Shown here in pieces: positions 9,737-18,334 of a DNA stretch of 51,470 nt (positions are counted from its first letter, which is position 1; every line of letters begins with the position of its first letter). The notes under the pieces are model-generated. The model saw only the letters and a program-made list of their open reading frames with translations, was not told where the DNA came from and searched no databases. Both the position numbers and the translations under genes were made by a program. Source of the DNA: a virus. Where the stretch lies: the IMG/VR virus record IMGVR_UViG_3300026522_000007, positions 1 through 51,470 of that record, one strand, 5' to 3'.

Positions 9737-10110
9737 TGATCCCTGATTAGGATGACATGGCCAGTATCCTTAAGATTGAGCAGTTTATCCGCCACATCAC
9801 TGTCAACACGATTGAGATTTACTACACCGAAATACAGTGCTGTACCATTGGCTTTGCCATCAGTCACATCCACATCATGGAGAAGCACTGCATTAGCCGT
9901 CCCCATCTCCGTAGCATCGTCGACTGGAATCTTTCGACTAATCAGGGACATTATAATCGGCGTACCAGCCTTTGCAATCAGTCTGGGCCCTACGGGCACA
10001 CCAAGACTCTCAGGAACGATACAACCGACAGAAGCCTGAAGCTCTACGTTCGCCAGAATCTGTTTTGGTGCAGTATACCGTTCTTTTGTTACACCACTTC
10101 TATTCAGCAT
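9727..10110 (-). CDS. Head decoration-like protein
   Basis: 127 aa between the scaffold and major capsid genes; AAGGAGG RBS; function inferred from position only. Confidence 0.4.
   Translation of the reverse strand: MLNRSGVTKERYTAPKQILANVELQASVGCIVPESLGVPVGPRLIAKAGTPIIMSLISRKIPVDDATEMGTANAVLLHDVDVTDGKANGTALYFGVVNLNRVDSDVADKLLNLKDTGHVILIRDQAL
9912..9960 (-). repeat. 49-nt imperfect direct repeat, copy A (internal to the 9727..10110 gene)
   Basis: Counterpart of 9688..9736, offset by 224 nt. Confidence 0.85.
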
Positions 10111-10129
10111 TTCTTATTCCTCCTTATGC

Positions 10130-10843
10130 TTATTTGTTGTTGCCCCAGTAGCTGGACTTTTTACCAGTACCACGGCGCTGCGCAGCAAGACGAGCACCGA
10201 AACCTTTTTCTTCACCTTTGACTTCCTTAGAAGTCTTAACAGAAGAACCTGTTCCCTTCTGACCAGTCTTACCTTTTTCTTTGTTTTTTCCACCCTTGTC
10301 ATCGTCTTCGGATTCACCGAACCAAACAGGGTACTTGGTCTTAAACTCACCGATAATAGTTTTCAGGTCAGAATCTTCAGTCATCTTTGCAAGCGCAAGA
10401 GTAACCACATCTTCAACATACTGAGTTTTTACACCCAGCATCATAGCTTCAGCTTTAGCTTCAGCAATCTGAGCTCTCTGCTCAGCTTCGTTCATTTTGG
10501 TCTGATTTTCAGCATCCTTTTCGGCAGCCTTCTGCTCATCAGTCTTCTGACTTTCGATAAGTGCCTTAACCATTGCAACCATCTTGGAGTCCTTAGGGTC
10601 AATACCAAGTTCCTTAAGAGCAGCACTGCGACCCTGATTCTTTTCGCGGGTCATCATCTTATTTACCTGCTCCTGGGTGAAAGTCTTGCCAGACTTGCCC
10701 TTATCGTCTCCACCTTTGTCCTTACCAGATTTATCATCCTTACCGGACTTTCCAGAATCACCCTTGTTGTCGTCCTGGTCCTCAACGTCCTCGTTCTCTT
10801 TAATTTCCTCTTCAGTGAGGTTGTCTTTCTTTTCTTCAGCCAT
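10130..10843 (-). CDS. Scaffolding protein
   Basis: 237 aa, highly charged and helical; FTQEQVNKMMTREKNQ motif typical of DUF4355-type scaffolds; lies upstream of the capsid gene. Confidence 0.75.
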   Translation of the reverse strand: MAEEKKDNLTEEEIKENEDVEDQDDNKGDSGKSGKDDKSGKDKGGDDKGKSGKTFTQEQVNKMMTREKNQGRSAALKELGIDPKDSKMVAMVKALIESQKTDEQKAAEKDAENQTKMNEAEQRAQIAEAKAEAMMLGVKTQYVEDVVTLALAKMTEDSDLKTIIGEFKTKYPVWFGESEDDDKGGKNKEKGKTGQKGTGSSVKTSKEVKGEEKGFGARLAAQRRGTGKKSSYWGNNK

Positions 10844-10880
10844 TGTGAATTTTCTCCTTTCAAGTCAAGCTCCATGATAC

Positions 10881-11273
10881 TCATGGTAGATATTTGATCT
10901 CCTTCGAGTTGTTTTCAGACGCTACAAAGGTGAACGTCCCATTGTACTTCGCCAATAATTTCTTGCAGTGATTTTCCAGCCTTTTAGCTTTCTTAAGCAC
11001 CATATTGTTTAGCATCCTCGCAAACTCTACGTTATTGCTACCCTGATTTCTTCGTATTCTCTTTTTTGTTTTCTCGAGGTCCACTTTAAGTTCTTCGTAG
11101 TGTGCATCTTTCAACAACACACGGTAAATCTTATTACACTTTGGACACGTAAAGAATATCAATGATAGCTGTTCATTCTCACATTTTACAGATTGTTCCT
11201 GTATATTTACGGATTCAAGAGGAAACTCATAACCACATTCATCACACACGATTATTGCTTTTTCCTGACTCAT
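10881..11273 (-). CDS. Zinc-ribbon protein, paralogue B
   Basis: 130 aa; CDEC...CPKC pairs then a basic helical tail; start overlaps the stop of paralogue A. Confidence 0.6.
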   Translation of the reverse strand: MSQEKAIIVCDECGYEFPLESVNIQEQSVKCENEQLSLIFFTCPKCNKIYRVLLKDAHYEELKVDLEKTKKRIRRNQGSNNVEFARMLNNMVLKKAKRLENHCKKLLAKYNGTFTFVASENNSKEIKYLP

Positions 11274-11689
11274 ACCGAAAACCTCAGCACAAAGTCAGAA
11301 TCCGTTTCGTTGTCGTGCAGCAACTTACCGGTATATTCTTTCATGAGATTCATCCTGTAGTCAGACAGGTTCTGTCGAGCTTTCTTGAATTTTGCCGATT
11401 GTTTTTGTGGAATTTCTTTGCCCTTTTTCTTTAACACAGCAAGCTTTACAAACTGTCTGGAAACTTCCTTAAGTTTATTAAGCGATGTTGCGTCATCAAT
11501 TTGTACGTAATGGCGTCTGCCACACTTAGGACAATCGTAATATGTGAGAAATATTGATTGCCCATTTACATTGAACTCTTTTTTATGAGTAACTGCATTT
11601 GCTGCATTACCTGCTGTGATTCGAAATTTTTCTTTGCAATCTTCACACTCAACAAGCAATGACATTGTTTCTCTGTCGATTGTACTCAC
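11270..11689 (-). CDS. Zinc-ribbon protein, paralogue A
   Basis: 139 aa from GTG at 11689 (AGGAGG 7 nt upstream); CEDC...CPKC, same layout as 10881..11273. Confidence 0.6.
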   Translation of the reverse strand: MSTIDRETMSLLVECEDCKEKFRITAGNAANAVTHKKEFNVNGQSIFLTYYDCPKCGRRHYVQIDDATSLNKLKEVSRQFVKLAVLKKKGKEIPQKQSAKFKKARQNLSDYRMNLMKEYTGKLLHDNETDSDFVLRFSV

Positions 11690-11738
11690 TTGATTTCCTC
11701 CTTTTCTTGGAAATTGGTCCACATAACCACTTGTTTAT

Positions 11739-11767
11739 ATTATACCACACAAAATTAGATTTGTAAA
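11739..11767 (-). promoter_or_regulatory. Sigma-A-type promoter P1 (TTTACA-17-TGGTATAAT)
   Basis: Minus strand: TTTACA, a 17-nt spacer ending in TGG, then TATAAT; the -35 box and upstream A/T block lie inside the 3' end of the ARH gene. Confidence 0.7.
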
Positions 11768-12567
11768 TAGGAAAATACAAAATTTTTGAACTTTTCCAAA
11801 TAAATTTTGACCTCAGAATCCAGCTGGTCAATCCATCTTTGCGGTATAGCATCATAACCGAATCTTGCTCCTGCAATACTGCCAGTAATAGCAGCTATCG
11901 TGTCTGCATCACCACCATCATTTACGGCACCAATTATGGCTTTTTCAAATGACGGTTTATTTGCCCAATATAATGAATTATTGAATGTATCTCTGATATA
12001 TCCAGAAGGCTCCAGAATTGATTTTACTTTATAGGTATATAAATTATTATATAATATATTCTGAATCAATCTGGTATACTCCAGAATTATCTGGGAACAT
12101 TCTGAATTATTATGGGTTAGTTTACCCTGTGCCACATTCAAATCAGGCCTATTTATCAAAGCACATGGCATAGCTCTCATCAAACTACCATTACCAAGAG
12201 CAGCATCATCTTTTTCAATGAAATGACCTGTTGACATTGCACAAACTATTCCTTTTTGACATTGGCCACCTACATCCTTTGGTCCCATTCTATACCATTC
12301 AATGAAGTTACACATGCAATATTCTTCAAATAATTCAATATTACTCATCAAAGCATCCATAACACAGATAGTCATTTGGGTATCATCAGTCACCTTACCG
12401 GCTTCAAGATTTAGCCAGCCACCACCAATGATGTCGGTCACCTGACCATATTGCTTTTTGATTTGCTCACGATTCATGAACTCAGTGGTTGCACCCATTG
12501 CATCACCAATAGCAAACCCGTATATTGCACCTGCAATCTTATTCTTTATCTTCTTTATCGTACTCAA
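11755..12567 (-). CDS. ADP-ribosylglycohydrolase (DraG/ARH family)
   Basis: GAIYGFAIGDAMGATTEF, DDTQMT, GNGSLMR and GGDADTIAAITGSIAGARFG motifs; TTG at 12567 lies 8 nt after GGAGG (the track start 12594 is also possible). Confidence 0.85.
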   Translation of the reverse strand: MSTIKKIKNKIAGAIYGFAIGDAMGATTEFMNREQIKKQYGQVTDIIGGGWLNLEAGKVTDDTQMTICVMDALMSNIELFEEYCMCNFIEWYRMGPKDVGGQCQKGIVCAMSTGHFIEKDDAALGNGSLMRAMPCALINRPDLNVAQGKLTHNNSECSQIILEYTRLIQNILYNNLYTYKVKSILEPSGYIRDTFNNSLYWANKPSFEKAIIGAVNDGGDADTIAAITGSIAGARFGYDAIPQRWIDQLDSEVKIYLEKFKNFVFSYLQI

Positions 12568-12766
12568 TACACTCACCTCCATCAAGGACTTCATCAGGCT
12601 TTACTTCATACTTGGCACATTTAGATGTGTTGCAAGGCATTCCTTCATCTTTGAAACGATTTCGGCAATCCTTACAAACCAAGTCATCGTTTGTTATCAA
12701 ACCAAAGCTTAGCTTGTCTTTTTGAAACTTCTCATCAATAGCACTTAGATTTTTGTTTGCTGCCAT
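12539..12766 (-). CDS. Small Cys-rich protein
   Basis: 75 aa; AAGGAGG RBS; CKDC...C...C...C; first gene behind promoter P2. Confidence 0.55.
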   Translation of the reverse strand: MAANKNLSAIDEKFQKDKLSFGLITNDDLVCKDCRNRFKDEGMPCNTSKCAKYEVKPDEVLDGGECIEYDKEDKE

Positions 12767-12794
12767 AGTAGCACCTCCTTTTACTTCTGTAAAT

Positions 12795-12823
12795 ATTATA
12801 CCACATCACGATTAATTTGTACA
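12795..12823 (-). promoter_or_regulatory. Sigma-A-type promoter P2 (TGTACA-17-TGGTATAAT)
   Basis: Minus strand: CCTATGTACAAATTAATCGTGATGTGGTATAAT, immediately after the stop of the minor head/ART gene. Confidence 0.75.
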
Positions 12824-12838
12824 TAGGCTTTTGCAAAT

Positions 12839-14821
12839 TTATTTCGGGCCTTTCAAGTTTTTCAAAGTCATGTATATTCGTTTTACGTCACCATAACTAT
12901 CAAACTCAACATCATCAATAATGTATTTGCCTCCCCTATTTATAAGAAGCTCTTTCTCACCACGATTTCGTGATATAGTATCAACATACATTGCTTGGCT
13001 TCCTTTTGGAACCTTTATAACATATTCAATGTCTCTACTAAAACCACCACCAGAAGCAGGGCTCGTTGACATGAATCCTTTGTCGGAAACGATGCCACCA
13101 ACCAACCTGTCCTTATTCGCTTCTGAAATATCAAGACCAAGCTCTTCAAGCATATTATAATCAGAACCACGTCTAACTATTACTTCCTCAGGAAGACTTG
13201 CTTTCTTAAGAGCTGCCGTAGCTTGCTTAATTTCGTCTGCGTATCTTGTGGTCGTCCTTTGACCTCTCAAATATTTATTCATATCGATATAGGCAGAACC
13301 AGTATAAATCTCTACGCCATTTCGTTCTGCAGAAGATATTGCTCTAAGCCAATCATCACACCAAGATTCCATTTCTCTAAGATTATTATTTCGAATAGCT
13401 TGATGCCAAGCAGCAGAATCAAACTGAGCACCAACAGTCTTTGTAGTACTTGCAACCTTCTTGGTAGTCGTTGCAGTCTTCATAACGAAGTTCTTGTCAG
13501 TCAAATGCTGATTGTAGAATTTCATTAGCTGCTGATATGGATGCGGGTCAGACCAGCTTGTTCCCATACTCTTAAGAATTTCGCTTGCTTGTTCATAACT
13601 AACTTTGTGAGACCAATCATCAAAATCATACGGCATCTTGTCCTTGGTAAATCCATACGGCTTAAGATATTTCTCTTGAACATCACTAAATGCCTGAATC
13701 TTTTTCTTTCCACCAAGATTAGAACCATCACCATTGTAGATGTTCTTTTCGTACCATTCATTCCAGGTAAGACCGGACTGGTTCTTAAGAGCTTTAGCTT
13801 CAGCTTTCTGAATCTGTGTCAAACTATTGAACCAAGAAGAAGGTGACTTGGATGACATACCATACTTGGCAATAAAATCCTGAACAGTACCAGTTTTAGA
13901 AGCTTGATAGCCGAAGTTACCAGCAAATGCATCAATTTCAGGATATGTCCCATCAGGACTATTGAACCAGTCTGCAAGCTGGTCAATCATATCATCTGCT
14001 ACAACAGGTTCCATTGTACACATTCCATTCGGGTGGTCCATAGGAAGCTCTGTCTTCTTATAATGAACACCATCACGAGCTTTACATAATTCACACACTC
14101 GGCTTCCATTACTTCTCCAAACGTATTCGGTAATAAATGGATTTTTCTGAGTGGTTGCGATAAAGCTTTGCTGATACCCATGTTGAACTAAAGTCCTTGC
14201 CAATCGTTGAGCATTGTAATCAACCTGCTTTTTGTAGATTTTCTTACCGTCAGCCATTCGTAAATTCCAAGGCAACTTAGCACTTGGTCTTACATAAGAT
14301 TCAAGGTCCTTAGCAATCTCATAAATAGGTTTATTCTCAGCCAGCCCTTTTGCCATAACCTGATAAATGTCTTTGAGTGTTTGTTCATTATCACCCCAGA
14401 TTCTAGAGCTCAAACTCCAACCACTGTCATAGATTTGACCGGTTACCAGATTCTGTACAATTTCATGCGGCACATAACTGAATGCTGCGTTCAAACCATC
14501 AGAAGAAAAGCCGAAGCTCTCTAGCCACTTAACATTATCTGACACAACTGCATCAGCAACAGTGTAAATATTCGACTTAATCTTCTTGTAAACTTCATTG
14601 GAAACTTCCTGACTCGTCTGCCTCAATTGCTTCTGCAATTCTCTGTAATATCGCTCAGACACTGGAGCACTCGCAGTGGATTTGTGAGAGTAGTATTTGG
14701 CTCTCTCACCAATCTCATCTGCCCAATCTTCATAGAGCTTGGCAATCTCTTTTTTTTGGGATGCCATAATAGCATTCCTCGCCTCTTCAGCATTCTTGAA
14801 TATCAGCTTGTTACCTGCCAT
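12839..14821 (-). CDS. Minor head protein (SPP1 gp7 / Mu F-like) fused to a C-terminal ADP-ribosyltransferase toxin domain
   Basis: 660 aa directly after portal; CELCKARDG...HPNGMCTMEP (gp7/Mu F signature); C-terminal YTGSAYIDMNKYLRG, VIVRRG, GFMSTSP and GEKELLINRGG form the R-S-ExE triad of C3/Vip2-type ARTs. Confidence 0.85.
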   Translation of the reverse strand: MAGNKLIFKNAEEARNAIMASQKKEIAKLYEDWADEIGERAKYYSHKSTASAPVSERYYRELQKQLRQTSQEVSNEVYKKIKSNIYTVADAVVSDNVKWLESFGFSSDGLNAAFSYVPHEIVQNLVTGQIYDSGWSLSSRIWGDNEQTLKDIYQVMAKGLAENKPIYEIAKDLESYVRPSAKLPWNLRMADGKKIYKKQVDYNAQRLARTLVQHGYQQSFIATTQKNPFITEYVWRSNGSRVCELCKARDGVHYKKTELPMDHPNGMCTMEPVVADDMIDQLADWFNSPDGTYPEIDAFAGNFGYQASKTGTVQDFIAKYGMSSKSPSSWFNSLTQIQKAEAKALKNQSGLTWNEWYEKNIYNGDGSNLGGKKKIQAFSDVQEKYLKPYGFTKDKMPYDFDDWSHKVSYEQASEILKSMGTSWSDPHPYQQLMKFYNQHLTDKNFVMKTATTTKKVASTTKTVGAQFDSAAWHQAIRNNNLREMESWCDDWLRAISSAERNGVEIYTGSAYIDMNKYLRGQRTTTRYADEIKQATAALKKASLPEEVIVRRGSDYNMLEELGLDISEANKDRLVGGIVSDKGFMSTSPASGGGFSRDIEYVIKVPKGSQAMYVDTISRNRGEKELLINRGGKYIIDDVEFDSYGDVKRIYMTLKNLKGPK

Positions 14822-14838
14822 TATGGCATCCTCCTTTC

Positions 14839-16413
14839 TTATTCTTCAGTCATATCGATTTCTTCAATGTCCTCAACCTTTTCTTCCGGATTGTTATCAC
14901 CAGAAGGATATGGCTCAGTATCGCCACTAACTGCAAATGAGCTTTCCTCAAGCATCTGCCTTTCGAGTGCAATCTGTTCAAGTTCCTCCTGAACCTCATC
15001 ATCAGTAAGACCTCTCCACTTCTTCATATAAGCTTTACGGCTCATAGTCTTAGATTCAACCTCGGACAAGTCCATGTTCTTTTCCTCGATTTCATCCTCA
15101 GGGATAGGAAGGTTACCAACAATAGAAATTTCGTATGCAACAGAACTAATTACATCATTTGTATATTTCTCAATGCAGTTTGGATAAACCATTGCACCTT
15201 GCAGAATGATGTCAACCATATTTCTGAGCTGTGGTCCCCACATCTTCATTTTCTCTTTACACCTTACAATCAGCGGCCAATAAATCGCTTTAAGTGCTTT
15301 GCCACTTGTGATTGTAGCTTGCACCTCCTCAATATCAGGCACGTCAACTTGGTCATAAGCTGATTTCTTTATTCGTTTAAGTGTAATGTCAAGAGAAGAA
15401 CTATAGTTCATACTTGGCTCAAGCAAACCAACTTGCGGATATGCTTTGTCCAAGTTCTGGTCTGAACCCAAATCCCAGAAAGCACCAGCTGCGGTAGAAA
15501 GATTCTTGGTAGAATTTGATTCCATATCCACAGTATACTTAGTAGGATTCATTGATTTTCTCTGAGCATCAATATCTGCATTTGACAACTTACTATACCA
15601 AGATTCTTCATCCTGTAGAGTCTCAATTTCAGATTCACCTTTATCCTCACCAGACAGACCATCATTGATGAAGATACTTACTGGAATCATAGGCATCAGA
15701 GTTTCCTGATATTCAGTCACTTCTTCAATCAGACCTCCAGCACCATCGTACATTGCCTCTTCCAGATACACCACATCATCGACAAGCTCAAACTTCTTTT
15801 TGAAGATTCGTTTCTCACTCAATGTGATGCTGTCCTTTACAATGATAAAGCACACAAACTTAGTTATTATATTCGGATTGCCTATCTTTGTGTCATAGAT
15901 AAACTGTGTAGAGGGGAGGAATGTGATTGTCACCCCATCCTCTTCATTGAAATTTACCAAACCGGCAACTCTCTTACCAATGAAGCAATCTTTAGCTGCT
16001 TTGATAAGAGCTTCTTCAAAGTTATTAGCATCCAAAATCGTTTTAACCAAGTCGTTCATAGTTGTCAATGCATTCTTTGCATCTTCGGTAATCTTACCAA
16101 CATCGCCTTTCGGCTCAACCGTAATGTCAGGTGGCTCAGCAAAGAGGAACCTCGCTTCCTTGTTGATGAGGGAAGCATCCATCTTATAATTAAGCTTGGC
16201 AGGTATATAGTCACCGTTTGTTCCCTCTACCGTAAAACTTGCACCTTTCTTATACACTTTATAGTATTTGCAGATTTGTGTCAGCTCGTCCAATGTGTCC
16301 TTTGCTGCACCTGAAACTTCTGCGTTTATCAATGCATAAGGAATACGGTTGAAAGCTGTCAAGACTTCAGTACTATTCTCGGCCTTAATGACCTTAGCTT
16401 CTTCACTAGCCAT
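14839..16413 (-). CDS. Portal protein (SPP1 gp6-like)
   Basis: 524 aa; AAGGAGG RBS; acidic C-terminus; lies upstream of the gp7-like gene. Confidence 0.8.
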   Translation of the reverse strand: MASEEAKVIKAENSTEVLTAFNRIPYALINAEVSGAAKDTLDELTQICKYYKVYKKGASFTVEGTNGDYIPAKLNYKMDASLINKEARFLFAEPPDITVEPKGDVGKITEDAKNALTTMNDLVKTILDANNFEEALIKAAKDCFIGKRVAGLVNFNEEDGVTITFLPSTQFIYDTKIGNPNIITKFVCFIIVKDSITLSEKRIFKKKFELVDDVVYLEEAMYDGAGGLIEEVTEYQETLMPMIPVSIFINDGLSGEDKGESEIETLQDEESWYSKLSNADIDAQRKSMNPTKYTVDMESNSTKNLSTAAGAFWDLGSDQNLDKAYPQVGLLEPSMNYSSSLDITLKRIKKSAYDQVDVPDIEEVQATITSGKALKAIYWPLIVRCKEKMKMWGPQLRNMVDIILQGAMVYPNCIEKYTNDVISSVAYEISIVGNLPIPEDEIEEKNMDLSEVESKTMSRKAYMKKWRGLTDDEVQEELEQIALERQMLEESSFAVSGDTEPYPSGDNNPEEKVEDIEEIDMTEE

Positions 16414-16427
16414 CTTCCATTACCTCC

Positions 16428-18023
16428 TTATTTTACTCTGAACTTCTGTCCAACGTAAATCAGATTCGGATTAGAAATATTATTCCACTTCACAATCTGA
16501 TTTACAGTAGTTCCATATTCATTGGCAATTTTAGAAAGAGTATCGCCTTTCTTGACTGTGTAATATACAGCAGACGATGAACTCGTTCCTGCACACAACT
16601 CATTTACTTTTGCCTGAACTTTTACGTAGTCGTAGCCGGCATTTGTAAGAGCTGTCTTTCGGGCATCTCCGTTACCCCACTTACCAGCAATGACCTCTTT
16701 TGCAAGTTCATTTACAGATTTCTTAAGTACAGCACTTCCACCACCAAGAATACGATTCACCTCAGCCTGAACTGCGGCATAGTCATAACCAGCTACAGTT
16801 AACGCATTCTTTCTGGCATCACCATTACCCCATGCACCTTGAATAACTTCCTGAGCTACCTCACTAATAGACTTATCAGGGTTAGGCTTAGGAGCAGCAC
16901 CATCAGATGCATACTTAGGACGAGCAAATCCTCTAATATAACCCCATCCTACATTGATAGTTCTTCGTCCAACCCTCTCGCTCATGTTTCCTTCAATACA
17001 AGTAATTGTGTTTCCACTTACCTGCTCAACATAACCAATATGGTCAGACCAACCGTCATTCGGCTGAGAACTATCGTCCCAGTTAAACACGATAATGTCA
17101 CCTGCTTGAGGCTTAATCGAACCATCTTCAATCCAAATGCCTTTCTTCTTAAAGATGTCTACGTGCTTTTCAACACCAACCTCAGTACCAATCAAATCAA
17201 CTGCTCCTGCTTTAATAGCGGCAGCTGATACAGTAGCATCGCACCATTCATCGCTTGGTTTAATAGCATAGCCACGAGCCAATGGTTTATGACTGTTGTA
17301 CACATTCAAAATTTCAATATACTTACCATTCGCTTCGCTATACCCAATCCAACTACGCATTACGTTCAATACATCTTGAGCTGTAACTCCTACTTTAGTG
17401 TCCTCTTTTCCACCATCATTAGAAAGCATGCTCTCTTCATAGAGAGTGTCCATATCAACATTGCCATTGATTCCGCTTACCTTACCTGTGCTACCTGTCT
17501 GCTGAATTACACACTCAACATCAGGGCCACCAGTATAATCTGCCAACCAAAGATTCTTACGATACTCAGAAAGCTGAGCCCAATCGTAATAGTTCTTATA
17601 ATAATCCAGATTCGAATAGATACCGAGTTTCTTACAACCAGCAGCTTTGAGAATGTCAAGGAACTCTTTAGTGTACTGAGTACATAATGCCTTGGTAACC
17701 TTAACACCAGCTTTAGTCCATGTATCATATTCAAGGTCTGCAAAAATCCAGGTATTAGTTGGGTCAAGACCAGCAGCTTTCATATTAGCAATACAAGTAT
17801 TTGCATTCTCAGCGATTGTTGCACCATCTACATAAATGAAATGATACACACCAAGAATAGGAATACCTGCAGCTTTTGCTCCTTTAACATACTCAATGAA
17901 CTGGCCGTCAATAGCTCGTCTATAACCTTCTCTAAAGATGCAGAACTGAATGCCATCAGCTTTTACTTTATTAAAGTCAACTGAGCCTTGCCAATTTGAG
18001 ATGTCGATTCCTTGCTTACCCAT
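16428..18023 (-). CDS. Multidomain endolysin: GH25 muramidase + CHAP + 2x Cpl-7 (CW_7) + LysM
   Basis: N-terminal GIDISNWQG...FCIFREGY (GH25); WCDATVS...GDIIVFNW...HIGYV...IEGN (CHAP); two repeats (AQ/AK)[32 protein letters not shown] (Cpl-7); C-terminal [14 protein letters not shown]...VGQKFRV (LysM). Confidence 0.9.
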   Translation of the reverse strand: MGKQGIDISNWQGSVDFNKVKADGIQFCIFREGYRRAIDGQFIEYVKGAKAAGIPILGVYHFIYVDGATIAENANTCIANMKAAGLDPTNTWIFADLEYDTWTKAGVKVTKALCTQYTKEFLDILKAAGCKKLGIYSNLDYYKNYYDWAQLSEYRKNLWLADYTGGPDVECVIQQTGSTGKVSGINGNVDMDTLYEESMLSNDGGKEDTKVGVTAQDVLNVMRSWIGYSEANGKYIEILNVYNSHKPLARGYAIKPSDEWCDATVSAAAIKAGAVDLIGTEVGVEKHVDIFKKKGIWIEDGSIKPQAGDIIVFNWDDSSQPNDGWSDHIGYVEQVSGNTITCIEGNMSERVGRRTINVGWGYIRGFARPKYASDGAAPKPNPDKSISEVAQEVIQGAWGNGDARKNALTVAGYDYAAVQAEVNRILGGGSAVLKKSVNELAKEVIAGKWGNGDARKTALTNAGYDYVKVQAKVNELCAGTSSSSAVYYTVKKGDTLSKIANEYGTTVNQIVKWNNISNPNLIYVGQKFRVK

Positions 18024-18082
18024 TACTTTCGGCCTCCTTTACCTTTCTTGTACCTTTCTTAGTGCCATCACACTTAGCCATG

Positions 18083-18313
18083 TTACTCACCTTCTTTCAC
18101 TTCAGGAATGCCAGCAACACTAGTCAAGATACTTACCACACCGGCAAGCAGGCTAGCACTGCCAACCATTACCCAATTCACTTCACCCATGGTAGCAGAA
18201 GCACCAATAGTTGCGATAGCAGTCTGAGCAACAGTCTTGATTGCACGAACACCAGCAGCCTTAAGCCACTTAATAGTATTCACATCAGCCTTAAACACAC
18301 AATTCTTGAACAA
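18083..18313 (-). CDS. Holin (phage r1t-type)
   Basis: 76 aa; TTG start 8 nt after AGGAGG; RAIKTVAQTAI...VVSILTSVAGIPE matches my memory of r1t-family holins; lies immediately upstream of the endolysin. Confidence 0.7.
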   Translation of the reverse strand: MFKNCVFKADVNTIKWLKAAGVRAIKTVAQTAIATIGASATMGEVNWVMVGSASLLAGVVSILTSVAGIPEVKEGE

Positions 18314-18334
18314 GTTTTGTTCCTCCTTTCATAA

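Noticed and set aside
11649-11876. 75-aa minus-strand ORF spanning promoter P1
   Set aside because: It overlaps the 3' end of the ARH gene and the 5' end of the zinc-ribbon gene in other frames. It has no RBS, and the region is better explained by P1 plus the two flanking genes.
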